From Methanobacteriota archaeon (lineage in GTDB: Archaea > Methanobacteriota > Methanobacteria > Methanobacteriales > Methanobacteriaceae): DNA of 64,000 bases. Shown one piece after another: positions 11,735 to 20,891 of the stretch (its first letter is position 1; each line of letters begins with the position of its first letter). The stretch is from positions 64,001 to 128,000 of the forward strand of contig CAWBCJ010000010.1 of assembly GCA_963787255.1 (NCBI GenBank), read 5' to 3'. The translations under genes were made by a program, and so were the position numbers. The notes beneath the pieces were generated by a model. The model did no database searches, had not been told where the DNA came from, and worked only from the letters and a program-made list of their open reading frames with translations.

Positions 11735-12883
11735 TTATATGACATCTTTTAAAAGTCTGAAAAGACTTGGAGAATCCTTTAAAAGTCCAAGTAGAGATTT
11801 AACAGTGATATTATCAAGATCTCTTCCTTTCATAAATCTTGCAAGTGCATTTAATTCTTTATCGTTGAGTTTATCAAAAACTTTTCTGTATTTAAGAGAA
11901 CTTTTCATTAAGTCACCTATCTCATCTTTCCACAGTTCTTCATATCTTTTTAAAAACTTTGAGGACGTATCACTGCTTTTAATAGCATCTGCAGCAACTA
12001 AACCTGCTATTTTCGCACAGGAAGCTGCTAAATCGATTCCACCCCCAGTTATGGGATTAACATGGCCTGCAGCATCTCCAACAACCATCAATCCATCAGT
12101 ATAAGTCTTTTTGATGTTTCCGGATACCGGTACGCCTCCCACATTAATTTCAATGATTTTTCCGCTGAACCTAGATATAAAACTATTCAAATACTCGTAT
12201 GCAGTTTTTTTAGAGCTCCTAACTCCAATTCCAACACTAGTAACGCCATTATCATTTGGAAAAATCCAGACATAACCTCCAGGGGCAATTTCGTTGCCAA
12301 AATAAAACTGCATGTAATTTGGATCGGTAGGAACGCCAACCATTTTATATTGCACACAGGAACACATGTCATTAATATTCCAAAGTGAATTAAGGCCAGC
12401 CATTCGAGCTATATTTGATTCTATTCCATCCGCAGCAATAACCACATCTGCTTCAATTTCCATGGTTTTACCAAGATGTTTTGCAATAACACCGCTAACT
12501 TTGCCGTTTCTAATAATAAGATCTTTTACAGTGGTTTTAACCATGATATCAGTACCGGCATCCGCTGATTCGATAGCAAGACTTTTGTCAAAGACCTTTC
12601 TATCTAAAATAAATCCTTTTTCACTTTTTTCTTCCATGCGAACAATAGTACCATCTGGAGAATACAATTCTGCACCATAAATCTCAGTTCTCACATAATT
12701 ATCTGAAGGCTTTATGCCAATAGTTTCAAAGGTCTTTTCTGTTGTTGCTTCGGCACATTGAAGTGGAACTCCAATTTCTTGTCGTTTTTCTATCATCAAC
12801 ACATCAAGATCATTTTTAGAAGCGAAAAGAGACGAAACTGAACCTGCAACTCGCCCCCCAACAACAATAACATCATATTTCAT
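11735..12883 (-). CDS. Geranylgeranyl reductase family (digeranylgeranylglycerophospholipid reductase-like)
   Basis: YDVIVVGG, GGYVWIFP and GDAAGHVNPITGGGI motifs; ATG at 12883. Confidence 0.92.
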   Translation of the reverse strand: MKYDVIVVGGRVAGSVSSLFASKNDLDVLMIEKRQEIGVPLQCAEATTEKTFETIGIKPSDNYVRTEIYGAELYSPDGTIVRMEEKSEKGFILDRKVFDKSLAIESADAGTDIMVKTTVKDLIIRNGKVSGVIAKHLGKTMEIEADVVIAADGIESNIARMAGLNSLWNINDMCSCVQYKMVGVPTDPNYMQFYFGNEIAPGGYVWIFPNDNGVTSVGIGVRSSKKTAYEYLNSFISRFSGKIIEINVGGVPVSGNIKKTYTDGLMVVGDAAGHVNPITGGGIDLAASCAKIAGLVAADAIKSSDTSSKFLKRYEELWKDEIGDLMKSSLKYRKVFDKLNDKELNALARFMKGRDLDNITVKSLLGLLKDSPSLFRLLKDVI

Positions 12884-13053
12884 GTTTTTGCTCCTGTAAA
12901 TGCACCTAAGGGGCATATGATTGCACATTTCCCACAATCATCACATTTATCTTTGTTTAAAGATGCCATATTTTCTGTAAGTTCTAATGAATTATTAGGG
13001 CACACGCTGATACATGCACCGCAAGACCCACACTTTTCACTTTGGAATTCCAT
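12880..13053 (-). CDS. 2[4Fe-4S] ferredoxin, 57 aa (below the ORF-track cutoff)
   Basis: Manual translation MEFQSEKCGSCGACISVCP...CDDCGKCAIICPLGAFTGAKT; GGTGA SD; ATGA overlap with the GGR gene. Confidence 0.92.
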   Translation of the reverse strand: MEFQSEKCGSCGACISVCPNNSLELTENMASLNKDKCDDCGKCAIICPLGAFTGAKT

Positions 13054-13494
13054 TATTTCTCACCAAATTAATTAATCAGAAAATAGAGAAAAATATTATA
13101 CATTAAATATTTTGTTTTTAAATATATATAATTTATTAGGTACCTGAATGCTAATAATTGCTTTAAACAGTTTTTATTCCTAAGAATCAATAATATAAAC
13201 ATTAATATGATTAATTGATTCATCTACTTTCATTTAGAAAAAGCTTAAATAATAGATATTTCTAACTAAAACATAAATTTATGTTACATAAATACTAATT
13301 CTATCATTATAAATTATCTAATCCTTTAATCTATTATATTTTACTTTATTATTTATTAAATACGAATATTAAGTTTATATTTTACTTAAAATGCTTTTAA
13401 ATTAATGTGAATTAATATTTACAGGCTTAATCATATTTTAATTGTTTTTTTATGACAATTTAAATTTTGAATATTTTTTTAATATGTTTTTAAT

Positions 13495-13554
13495 GTTACA
13501 ATTGTCACAAACAAATAAAATATTAAATCTTTTCCGTTACTATTGTCACAAACA
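13495..13554. repeat. Two 19-bp direct repeats GTTAC(A/T)ATTGTCACAAACA, 41 bp apart (candidate operator)
   Basis: 13495-13513 and 13536-13554; core GTTACAATTGTCAC is a near-palindrome; just upstream of BRE/TATA-like CGAAAATGTTAATA. Confidence 0.7.
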
Positions 13555-13808
13555 CCGAAAATGTTAATAGTTTTCACTAGCAATAATATAAACATAGAAA
13601 AGATTGTTATTATCATGCATTAAAAAAAATTAAATTTCTATAATAACTTTCTAGGGATATAGAAAGAATATGGGAGTTAATTCACGATTGTGATGATTTA
13701 ACTCCTAAAATAGTATAAAAAAGTTGAGGTGAGGCTTTTAAATGTATGAAGAGGAAAGTTTCGTTAGTATTTAAAGGAGTTTAACTACTTAATAAAGGGG
13801 GATTAAAT

Positions 13809-14609
13809 ATTAAAAGAATAATTGTCATTGCTTCAGGAAAAGGTGGAGTGGGTAAAACCACCATAACTGCTAACTTAGGAGTGATTTTAGCCGGTTATGG
13901 TGAAGATGTCACTTTATTAGATGCAGATGTGGGCATGGCAAATTTAGAATTGATATTAGGCATGGAAGGTCAACCTGTTACTTTAAATGATGTTCTTTCT
14001 GGTGATGCAGATATTCAAGATGCCATTTATGAGGGACCAGGAGGAATGAAGGTTATTCCTGCAGGACTTTCTTTACATACCATTCAAAAAGTTAAAATTG
14101 ATCGTTTAGAAAAAGTTGTAGAATCATTGTTGTCACAGACTGATATAATTCTTATTGATGCACCTGCAGGGTTAGAAAAAGATGCATTAGCTGCTATAGA
14201 TGTTGCACATGAAATGATTCTTGTAACAACCCCTGAAATTCCATCCATTAGTGATGCTCTCAAAACCAGAATAGTGGCCAGTAAGTTAGGAGTTAATATT
14301 CTAGGAGTGGTTGTCAATCGTGAACGGAATGATAAGACATTACTAACCACCAGAGAGATAGAGATTATCCTAAAGGTTCCAGTTCTTGCAAAAATACCAG
14401 AAGACCCGGAGGTTAGCCGTTCAGCAGCATATTCAAAACCTTTTGTTTTAAAAAACCCTAAATCTCAAACTTATAATTCAATAATGCAATTAGCTGCAGA
14501 TATTATTGGTAAAAATTACATTCCAATAGTAACAGATAAAAAAGGATTGATTTCCAAACTGATTGAGGGTATAATGGGAAAAAAAGAGAAGATCCCAGTT
14601 AATGAATAG
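13809..14609 (+). CDS. minD: MinD/ParA-family ATPase (archaeal MinD)
   Basis: IKRIIVIASGKGGVGKT Walker A, DADVGMANL, DAPAG, C-terminal amphipathic helix; the full P-loop requires the ATT at 13809 (in-frame TAA at 13782). Confidence 0.88.
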   Translation: MKRIIVIASGKGGVGKTTITANLGVILAGYGEDVTLLDADVGMANLELILGMEGQPVTLNDVLSGDADIQDAIYEGPGGMKVIPAGLSLHTIQKVKIDRLEKVVESLLSQTDIILIDAPAGLEKDALAAIDVAHEMILVTTPEIPSISDALKTRIVASKLGVNILGVVVNRERNDKTLLTTREIEIILKVPVLAKIPEDPEVSRSAAYSKPFVLKNPKSQTYNSIMQLAADIIGKNYIPIVTDKKGLISKLIEGIMGKKEKIPVNE

Positions 14610-15040
14610 ATCTACAAAATGGAAAATGTATTTTCCAGAACTTCTGATTTTTAATGCTATTAAATTCGTAAAATAGAATATTATAATTAAAATGCAGCTC
14701 AAAAGAGTTCATAAGTTAAAAGCAGTATTTTTTTTGTTTCTTCATGTTGTTCATGCACTCTATTTTTTATAATCATATATAAAATGATTTTAAATAACAA
14801 GGACAAAAAAAATATTAATTAAACATTATAAAAGTTATTATATTGAAAATAAATGGGAATTTGATTTTTATATGATTAAAGTATAATGTATTTATATACG
14901 ATAAGGTTACTAACTATTATGTACTCGTAGAATTTACGGGGGTTCTTATATTATTGTTAAGTCTAATTTTATGAAACTAAAGCTAAATTAGAAAGTTAAC
15001 CGTTAACTTAATATAGAACATTAAATAACCTTTAAGTTAT

Positions 15041-15123
15041 GCAGGGGTGCCCGAGCGGCCAAAGGGGGTGGACTTAAGATCCTCTGGCGTAGGCCTTCGT
15101 GGGTTCGAATCCCATCCCCTGCA
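15041..15123 (+). tRNA. tRNA-Leu (TAA)
   Basis: Acceptor GCAGGGG/CCCCTGC, loop CTTAAGA, long variable arm, GTTCGAATC. Confidence 0.95.
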
Positions 15124-15216
15124 CTTTTAATAATACTAATTATAGATGGATTGCGGAAGAAAAAATCTATAAGATAATTTTTTTCATTAATAATGATAAA
15201 TATAATCAATGAATTT

Positions 15217-15289
15217 GCCCTAGTGGCTTAGCTGGTAGAGCGATGCCTTGGTAAGGCATAGATCGGGGGTTCGAATCCCCCCTGGGGCT
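15217..15289 (+). tRNA. tRNA-Thr (GGT)
   Basis: Anticodon arm ATGCC-TTGGTAA-GGCAT, GTTCGAATC, acceptor GCCCTAG/CTGGGGC. Confidence 0.95.
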
Positions 15290-15431
15290 TTTCAAGTATT
15301 TCTTTTAAATCATATTTTTAATTTTCATATATTGTTGACCTTTTAGGAAAAAAAGTAGACTAAAAGTTTATATCTTGGTAAACTTTATTTTAATTATACA
15401 ATACATATCATTATATTTCAGGTGAAAATTT

Positions 15432-16238
15432 ATGGAAAAAAAGATCGCACAGATATCTGACATACATTTTGGTGAGAAAAACTTTTCAAACGACTTAAAA
15501 AATAACTTACTCAGCCAATTAGAAGATGAAAATCCTGATCTTATCATCGCTGCAGGAGACATGACCACTCAAGGTTATGCTCACGAATATGAAGATGCAT
15601 CTACATTTATTGATGAACTAAAAGCAATAACACAGACTCACATAATTCCGGGGAACCACGACGCACGAAATGTAGGATTGCTCCACTTTGAAAAACTAAT
15701 TGGAGAAAGAAAATTCGTACATTTAGATAAAATTGGCGGATTCGCAATAATTGGACTTGATTCTTCAGAACCGGATATAAACGACGGTCAAATTGGGATA
15801 GATCAGCTAGACTGGCTTAAAAAAGAACTAGACAAAGTACCAAGCGATTTATGCAAAATAGTAACATTCCACCATCACCTGCTTCCTATTCCACAAACCG
15901 GAAGAGAAAGGAATATTCTACTAGATTCTGGTGATTTACTTAGAGTATTCAGTGATTATGGTGTTGATTTTGTCTTAAATGGACACAAACATGTTCCAAA
16001 CGTATGGATGATAGAAAAAATGGTTACATTAAATTCAGGAACAGCAACCACAAAAAAACTTAGAGGACACACTTATCCTTCACATAACCAACTGCTGATT
16101 CAAGATGATCAAATATTAGTAAATCTAATCAATACTGAAACAGGCGATAAAAAGCAGCTTGCAAACTACTCTGTTAGGGTTGAAGCAGAAGAATATATGA
16201 TTTGTTCATACAAACACAATTCGCTGCACGTATTGTAA
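15432..16238 (+). CDS. Calcineurin-like metallophosphoesterase (Icc/CpdA-like)
   Basis: SDIH, GD, GNHD, HH and GHKH motifs. Confidence 0.9.
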   Translation: MEKKIAQISDIHFGEKNFSNDLKNNLLSQLEDENPDLIIAAGDMTTQGYAHEYEDASTFIDELKAITQTHIIPGNHDARNVGLLHFEKLIGERKFVHLDKIGGFAIIGLDSSEPDINDGQIGIDQLDWLKKELDKVPSDLCKIVTFHHHLLPIPQTGRERNILLDSGDLLRVFSDYGVDFVLNGHKHVPNVWMIEKMVTLNSGTATTKKLRGHTYPSHNQLLIQDDQILVNLINTETGDKKQLANYSVRVEAEEYMICSYKHNSLHVL

Positions 16239-16355
16239 TTTATAAAAAAAAATAATTTATTTAATCACGAATTGGGATTTAATCCCTTATATTAAATTTT
16301 AAAGATAAATTTCAGGTATTAAGATTTATTCAACATTATTGAAGTGTGATATAAT

Positions 16356-16952
16356 ATGTCAAAAATGTTAGATGTTATAATGGCAGGAGTAATTTCAGGA
16401 ATCGTTGCATTTACAACATCAAAAATTGGGATAGCAGGAACAGTTTTAGGAGCAGTCTTAGGGGCTATGCTCTACCAATTCATGTCCCATTACGTAAAAG
16501 AACCTTTGGGGAATGTAAAAACAAGAAAAATTGAAACCAGGATTGTTTATGCGATTCCTCTAATCCTTATCTTAGCTATTGAAATAATCTACATATTCTC
16601 TGCTGTATACTGGAAACCAGAACAAATTTTCTATTACCTTGAAAATGTAACTGACTGGAACCTATTTAGATCAATTGGAATTGGACTTATTTGTATGGGT
16701 ATTTATCCAATTTTGATATCAGAGAACATAAAACAGTCATATGGCTACATAATATTATCAGTTGGCATAATTATACTCTTAAATGGATTTATAGATGCAA
16801 ATATATCATTGGTAGAATTATATGCTCCTTTATTTGCAGAATTCGGATTTATAATTTCTCTAGGAGTTATAACAGCATTACTATATGTTATTCTATCAAT
16901 AATTCAAGAATCAGTAGTAATTAACCGTGAAAAAGTTGAAGAAAGCAGTTAA
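16356..16952 (+). CDS. Hypothetical integral membrane protein
   Basis: About six hydrophobic helices; co-directional with the HTH-PhoU gene. Confidence 0.75.
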   Translation: MSKMLDVIMAGVISGIVAFTTSKIGIAGTVLGAVLGAMLYQFMSHYVKEPLGNVKTRKIETRIVYAIPLILILAIEIIYIFSAVYWKPEQIFYYLENVTDWNLFRSIGIGLICMGIYPILISENIKQSYGYIILSVGIIILLNGFIDANISLVELYAPLFAEFGFIISLGVITALLYVILSIIQESVVINREKVEESS

Positions 16953-16962
16953 TGGGATATTC

Positions 16963-17877
16963 ATGATAAAGAAAACAAAAAACGGTACATTAAAGGCAAT
17001 ATTAGATGTAATACGATATGAAAATCCTTCAACACAGGATGAAATAGCAGAAAGACTGGGAATCACCCGTCGATATGTTACTAAATTACTCCAGCCATTA
17101 ATAAGTGAAGGAATTGTAAAAAGAGCTTATGTAATAGAACCTAAAAAATTTGACGAGTTTTTAGAAGTTTACGGCGAAGAAAAAGTACCAGTAGAGCACG
17201 CGACATTGAAGATAGTAGAACTGCTTAAAGGAATGGCAAATCATGTCTGTAATCAGCTGGAAAAATCATTTAACGCGCTTTCAAGTTATGATAATGAAAT
17301 GGCAAACGAAGCCTTAAAAATGGATTACATAACCAATAATATGAACGAAAAGATAAGAACATCGGTAGACATGGCAATATCTATGAATCCCTCACCGGAA
17401 TTCAGTAAAAGCAGCGCTTTCAGCGAAGTTGCATATGACTTAGAACGTATTGGAGATCATTCATGCCAGTTTGCAAATTTCACACTTAAAGAATCTTATG
17501 AAGTTGATCCTGAAATGTTTAAATACATACAGGAAATGTATGAGACTTCAAAAAAGATGATAAAATATTCTATGGAAGTTTTTTTAAATGAAAGGCTTGA
17601 TTTAAAGGATAAAGTAATGAATTACGAAGAAAAAATCCACGTACTTCAAAAAAGGGCTTTAAATTGTATAGCAACTCAGATGGCAGAAGCATCATTTGAT
17701 GATACTGAGCGTTCAACATATTATCTCTCATTGTCAAGGGTAGTTAAAGCATTTGAGAGAATTGGTGACATTTCAATAGAAATAATTGATATTTCAAGGG
17801 AATATCATGAAAATATTCCAAGAACAACCACTCCAGAACGTTTCAGGCGAACATCTCAAAATTTATTGAAAAAATAA
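16963..17877 (+). CDS. HTH + double PhoU-domain phosphate uptake regulator
   Basis: TQDEIAERLGITRRYV HTH; two PhoU repeats (LERIGDH, FERIGD). Confidence 0.88.
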   Translation: MIKKTKNGTLKAILDVIRYENPSTQDEIAERLGITRRYVTKLLQPLISEGIVKRAYVIEPKKFDEFLEVYGEEKVPVEHATLKIVELLKGMANHVCNQLEKSFNALSSYDNEMANEALKMDYITNNMNEKIRTSVDMAISMNPSPEFSKSSAFSEVAYDLERIGDHSCQFANFTLKESYEVDPEMFKYIQEMYETSKKMIKYSMEVFLNERLDLKDKVMNYEEKIHVLQKRALNCIATQMAEASFDDTERSTYYLSLSRVVKAFERIGDISIEIIDISREYHENIPRTTTPERFRRTSQNLLKK

Positions 17878-17901
17878 TTAGGAGGAATTATTTCCCAGAT
17901 A

Positions 17902-18171
17902 TTATTCTTCCTCTTCCATGTATTCTTTGATTTTACGTTCTTCCCATTCCCTGGAGAAAATTCCTCTTTTCATGAAGACCGATAATCCGTGTATTATAAG
18001 TCCGATCCCCCAGAAGAAAATTACAATTAGGAACCACCAGAAACCTGGAGAAGTAAGCAAATTTACAATTGCCAGGAAAACGTTAACGACGATAAAAGAT
18101 ATTAAATGGCCGTAAAACCCTTTTACTTCTTCTACCCTTTCTTTCGCTCTTTTATATTTTAAATCATCCAT
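17902..18171 (-). CDS. 2TM-domain small membrane protein
   Basis: RAKERV..KGFYGHL..FWGIGLIIH..WEERKIKEYM pattern. Confidence 0.88.
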   Translation of the reverse strand: MDDLKYKRAKERVEEVKGFYGHLISFIVVNVFLAIVNLLTSPGFWWFLIVIFFWGIGLIIHGLSVFMKRGIFSREWEERKIKEYMEEEE

Positions 18172-18209
18172 ATTTTTTTAACCTCATATTTAAATTGGAT
18201 TATGATTAT

Positions 18210-18478
18210 TTATTCCTCTTTTTCCATGTATTCTTTGATTTTACGTTCTTCCCAATCCTTAGAGAAGACTCCTCGATTCACATATAATGATAATCCTTGT
18301 ATTATAAGGCCGATTCCCCAAAAAATTGTTACCCAATAGAACCACCAGATTCCGGGGCTTACAACTACGTTTATTATTACAAGAAATATATTTACCATTA
18401 TATATACAATTAAATGGTTATAAAAGCCTTTAACTTCTTTTACTCTCCTTCGGCACGTTCATAAGATTCGTCTACCAT
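18210..18478 (-). CDS. 2TM-domain protein paralogue, frameshifted near 18448
   Basis: MVDESYERA continues in another frame as RVKEVKGFYNHL...WEERKIKEYMEKEE; GGAGG SD. Confidence 0.8.
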
Positions 18479-18497
18479 TAATAAACCTCCTCTTATA

Positions 18498-18761
18498 TTA
18501 ATCTCCGCCGTCTCCACCGTCAAAGCCGCTGTCATCCCAATCACTGTCATCATCATTATCAAAATCGACACCATGTCGGGATCCACTTGATTTGCTGCAA
18601 GCTGCACCAATTCCAATAAATGCAATAGCTGTTAAAATTATTTCAAAAATGCTAGAATTAAAATTTACAGCCCCATAAGATATGTTTGCTCCTGCTGCAG
18701 CACCACAAAGCGTTAAAATTAAAATTAAAGCTGCAGGCAGTAAAAATATTTTTGCTCTTAT
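18498..18761 (-). CDS. 87-aa membrane protein with Asp/Gly-rich tail; putative ATA start
   Basis: Manual translation (M)RAKIFLLPAALILILTLCGAAAGA...IILTAIAFIGIGAAC...DFDNDDDSDWDDSGFDGGDGGD; GGGGGT SD; no in-frame ATG/GTG/TTG. Confidence 0.65.
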   Translation of the reverse strand: MRAKIFLLPAALILILTLCGAAAGANISYGAVNFNSSIFEIILTAIAFIGIGAACSKSSGSRHGVDFDNDDDSDWDDSGFDGGDGGD

Positions 18762-18927
18762 TTTTGTTACCCCCTTTATAATTATATTTTTACAATAGAA
18801 ATTATGAAAAACTTATTATATATATTTTAAGGCAATTTTATTAATTCCAATCATTTAGACTTTAAATAAATGATTAATGGATTAAAAAGAGGGTAAAATC
18901 AATTTAAAATTAAAAATAGAAACTGAT

Positions 18928-19728
18928 TTAAATGGTCTTGTCAGATTTCCCGTCGTAATAGATCTCTTCTATCTCAAAGAGCTTTCTAAAGGCTGATTCT
19001 CTTGTTTTTTCTTCATTTACATGGGTTAAAATCCCTGGAAGGCGACCAATCATGAATATGCCGCTACCAATGCTCCAATCAAAACCCATATCTGATAATA
19101 TTGCCCCATTTGCTCCGTCAATATTCATTCTTATTCTTTTCTTTTCAAATAGCAGTTCTTCAATTGCTACTGCCAGTTCAGAATGTTTACCGAAGCAGTT
19201 GTGCTTTCTTGCAAGTTCCATTAACTTTGGCGCACGAGGATCTTCATTATGATATCTGTGGCCAAAACCAAATATTTTTTTATTGTTGTTGAGAAAATAA
19301 TTGACAATCTGTTCAGCAATTTCGTTTATATTGTCTTGGGATAATTTAATGCCTTCCTGGAAGATTTTCATGGCCTTTTCGATGGCTCCAGCATGATTTT
19401 TTCCAAATGCAAGGAGTCCACCTGCAATACAGGCATGCAATGGGGATCCAGTAGATGCCATTAATCTTGCTGCTTGAGTACTGGGAGGGGTTACACCATG
19501 GTCGCAGAATGACACTAAGACTGCACCTAACATTTTTGCCTCATTTTTGGATGGTAATTTTCCTTTTATGAGCAAGTGTATCATTTCTGAAAAAGATATT
19601 TTTTCAATTAGATCTTCCTGCAAATAACCTCTTGTAGTTAGCTTGTTAGGCTCTACTTTGGTTATTGAGGTTCTCCACTTTAAAGTACGTGGTTTAAATA
19701 TATCTTTTAGTGCTTCCTCAGTTATCAT
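18928..19728 (-). CDS. Citryl-CoA lyase / citrate synthase-like protein
   Basis: DHGVTPPS, HAGA, GFGHRYH..DPR and NIDG motifs. Confidence 0.9.
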   Translation of the reverse strand: MITEEALKDIFKPRTLKWRTSITKVEPNKLTTRGYLQEDLIEKISFSEMIHLLIKGKLPSKNEAKMLGAVLVSFCDHGVTPPSTQAARLMASTGSPLHACIAGGLLAFGKNHAGAIEKAMKIFQEGIKLSQDNINEIAEQIVNYFLNNNKKIFGFGHRYHNEDPRAPKLMELARKHNCFGKHSELAVAIEELLFEKKRIRMNIDGANGAILSDMGFDWSIGSGIFMIGRLPGILTHVNEEKTRESAFRKLFEIEEIYYDGKSDKTI

Positions 19729-19836
19729 GATAGACTTTTATATTCTTGAAATTATATTTAAATTTACCGCTTTTAGTGCATGTAACGTTCTCTTTTAGTG
19801 AATTATAGTCAATTATGGTGATTTACAATTTTTAAT

Positions 19837-19877
19837 ATGTTCACTTATTGTGTAAATTTATACACAAATAGGAACAT
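19837..19877. promoter_or_regulatory. Extended inverted repeat upstream of the pstS TATA box
   Basis: ATGTTC..TTGTGTA-N6-TACACAA..GAACAT, followed by TTTAAATA. Confidence 0.55.
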
Positions 19878-19920
19878 TTAAATATGGGCACTTAATTAGT
19901 ATAGGATGAGGTGAAATGAA

Positions 19921-20754
19921 ATGGACTCAAAATACATAATTGGAATAATAGTAGCCATAATAGTAATAGGTGGAGCTTACCTCGTACTTGCAGGAGGTTC
20001 AAACCAACAATACAATAAACATTGCTGGTTCAACATCTGTTCAACCAGTAGCAGAGAAGCTTGCTGCAGCATACATGCAGAAAAACCCAGACGTTAAGAT
20101 TAACGTACAAGGTGGAGGTACTTCTGTAGGTATTAAGAGTGCACAAGATGGTACAGCACAAATAGGTACAGCATCTTCAAAACCTAAAGATAGCGATTCA
20201 CAAGGTTTGGTACAAACTCAAATTGCTAAAGATGGTATTGTAGTTGTAGTAAATAAAGCTAATTCAATAAGCGATCTAACAATAAATCAGACAAAAGACA
20301 TATTCTCAGGTAACGTAACTGAATGGACTCAAAGTAACTGGTGCATCTGGCGGTAAAATTAACGTCATAACCCGAGAAGATGGTTCAGGTACCAGAGATG
20401 GATTCCAGAACATAGTAATGGGTGGTAAAAATGGAACACCTATCCTTAAAACTGCAGTTGTACAGAGTTCAACAGAAGCTATAGCTCAAACAGTTAAAGG
20501 AGACCCAAATGCAGTTGGATACATATCATTAGCCAGTGTAAATGGCGATGTTAAAGCTGTTAAAATAAATGGCGTAGCTCCTTCAGAACAGACTGTCAGC
20601 GACGGAACTTACAAAATAACAAGACCATTCATCTTCTTAACAAAAGGAGAACCTCACAGGTCAAGTTAAAGCGTTCATTGACTGGGTCATGGGCCCTGAA
20701 GGTCAAGCAATAGTTAAACAATCTGGAGCAGTTCCAGTAGGACCTACTCAATAA
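19921..20754 (+). CDS. pstS: Phosphate-binding protein PstS copy 1 (three apparent +1 frameshifts near 20001, 20332 and 20656)
   Basis: [25 protein letters not shown] and RPFIF motifs across frames; collinear with the downstream paralogue. Confidence 0.85.
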
Positions 20755-20778
20755 GTGGTTTTAAACCACTATTTTTTA
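20754..20778 (+). terminator. Hairpin plus T-tract after pstS copy 1
   Basis: AGTGGTTT/AAACCACT stem followed by ATTTTTT. Confidence 0.45.
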
Positions 20779-20891
20779 TTTATTTATGTTAAACTCAAGG
20801 AATTCATTAAAAAGTCATTATTATCAATTTTCTTAATCACTCTAAATTTAAATACTCTAAAAGAGAAGAGTATTGTCAAAGGTGATTAAGA

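Noticed and set aside
13054-13808. Long AT-rich intergenic region as a replication origin
   Set aside because: No cdc6/orc1 nearby and no array of TTACA(C/G)TTGAAA-type mini-ORB repeats
15041-15300. tRNAs as integration sites
   Set aside because: No integrase and no duplicated tRNA 3' end seen in the window
18440-18625. 61-aa track ORF MHLLELV...
   Set aside because: Out-of-frame shadow of the 87-aa gene joined to the real 2TM N-terminus
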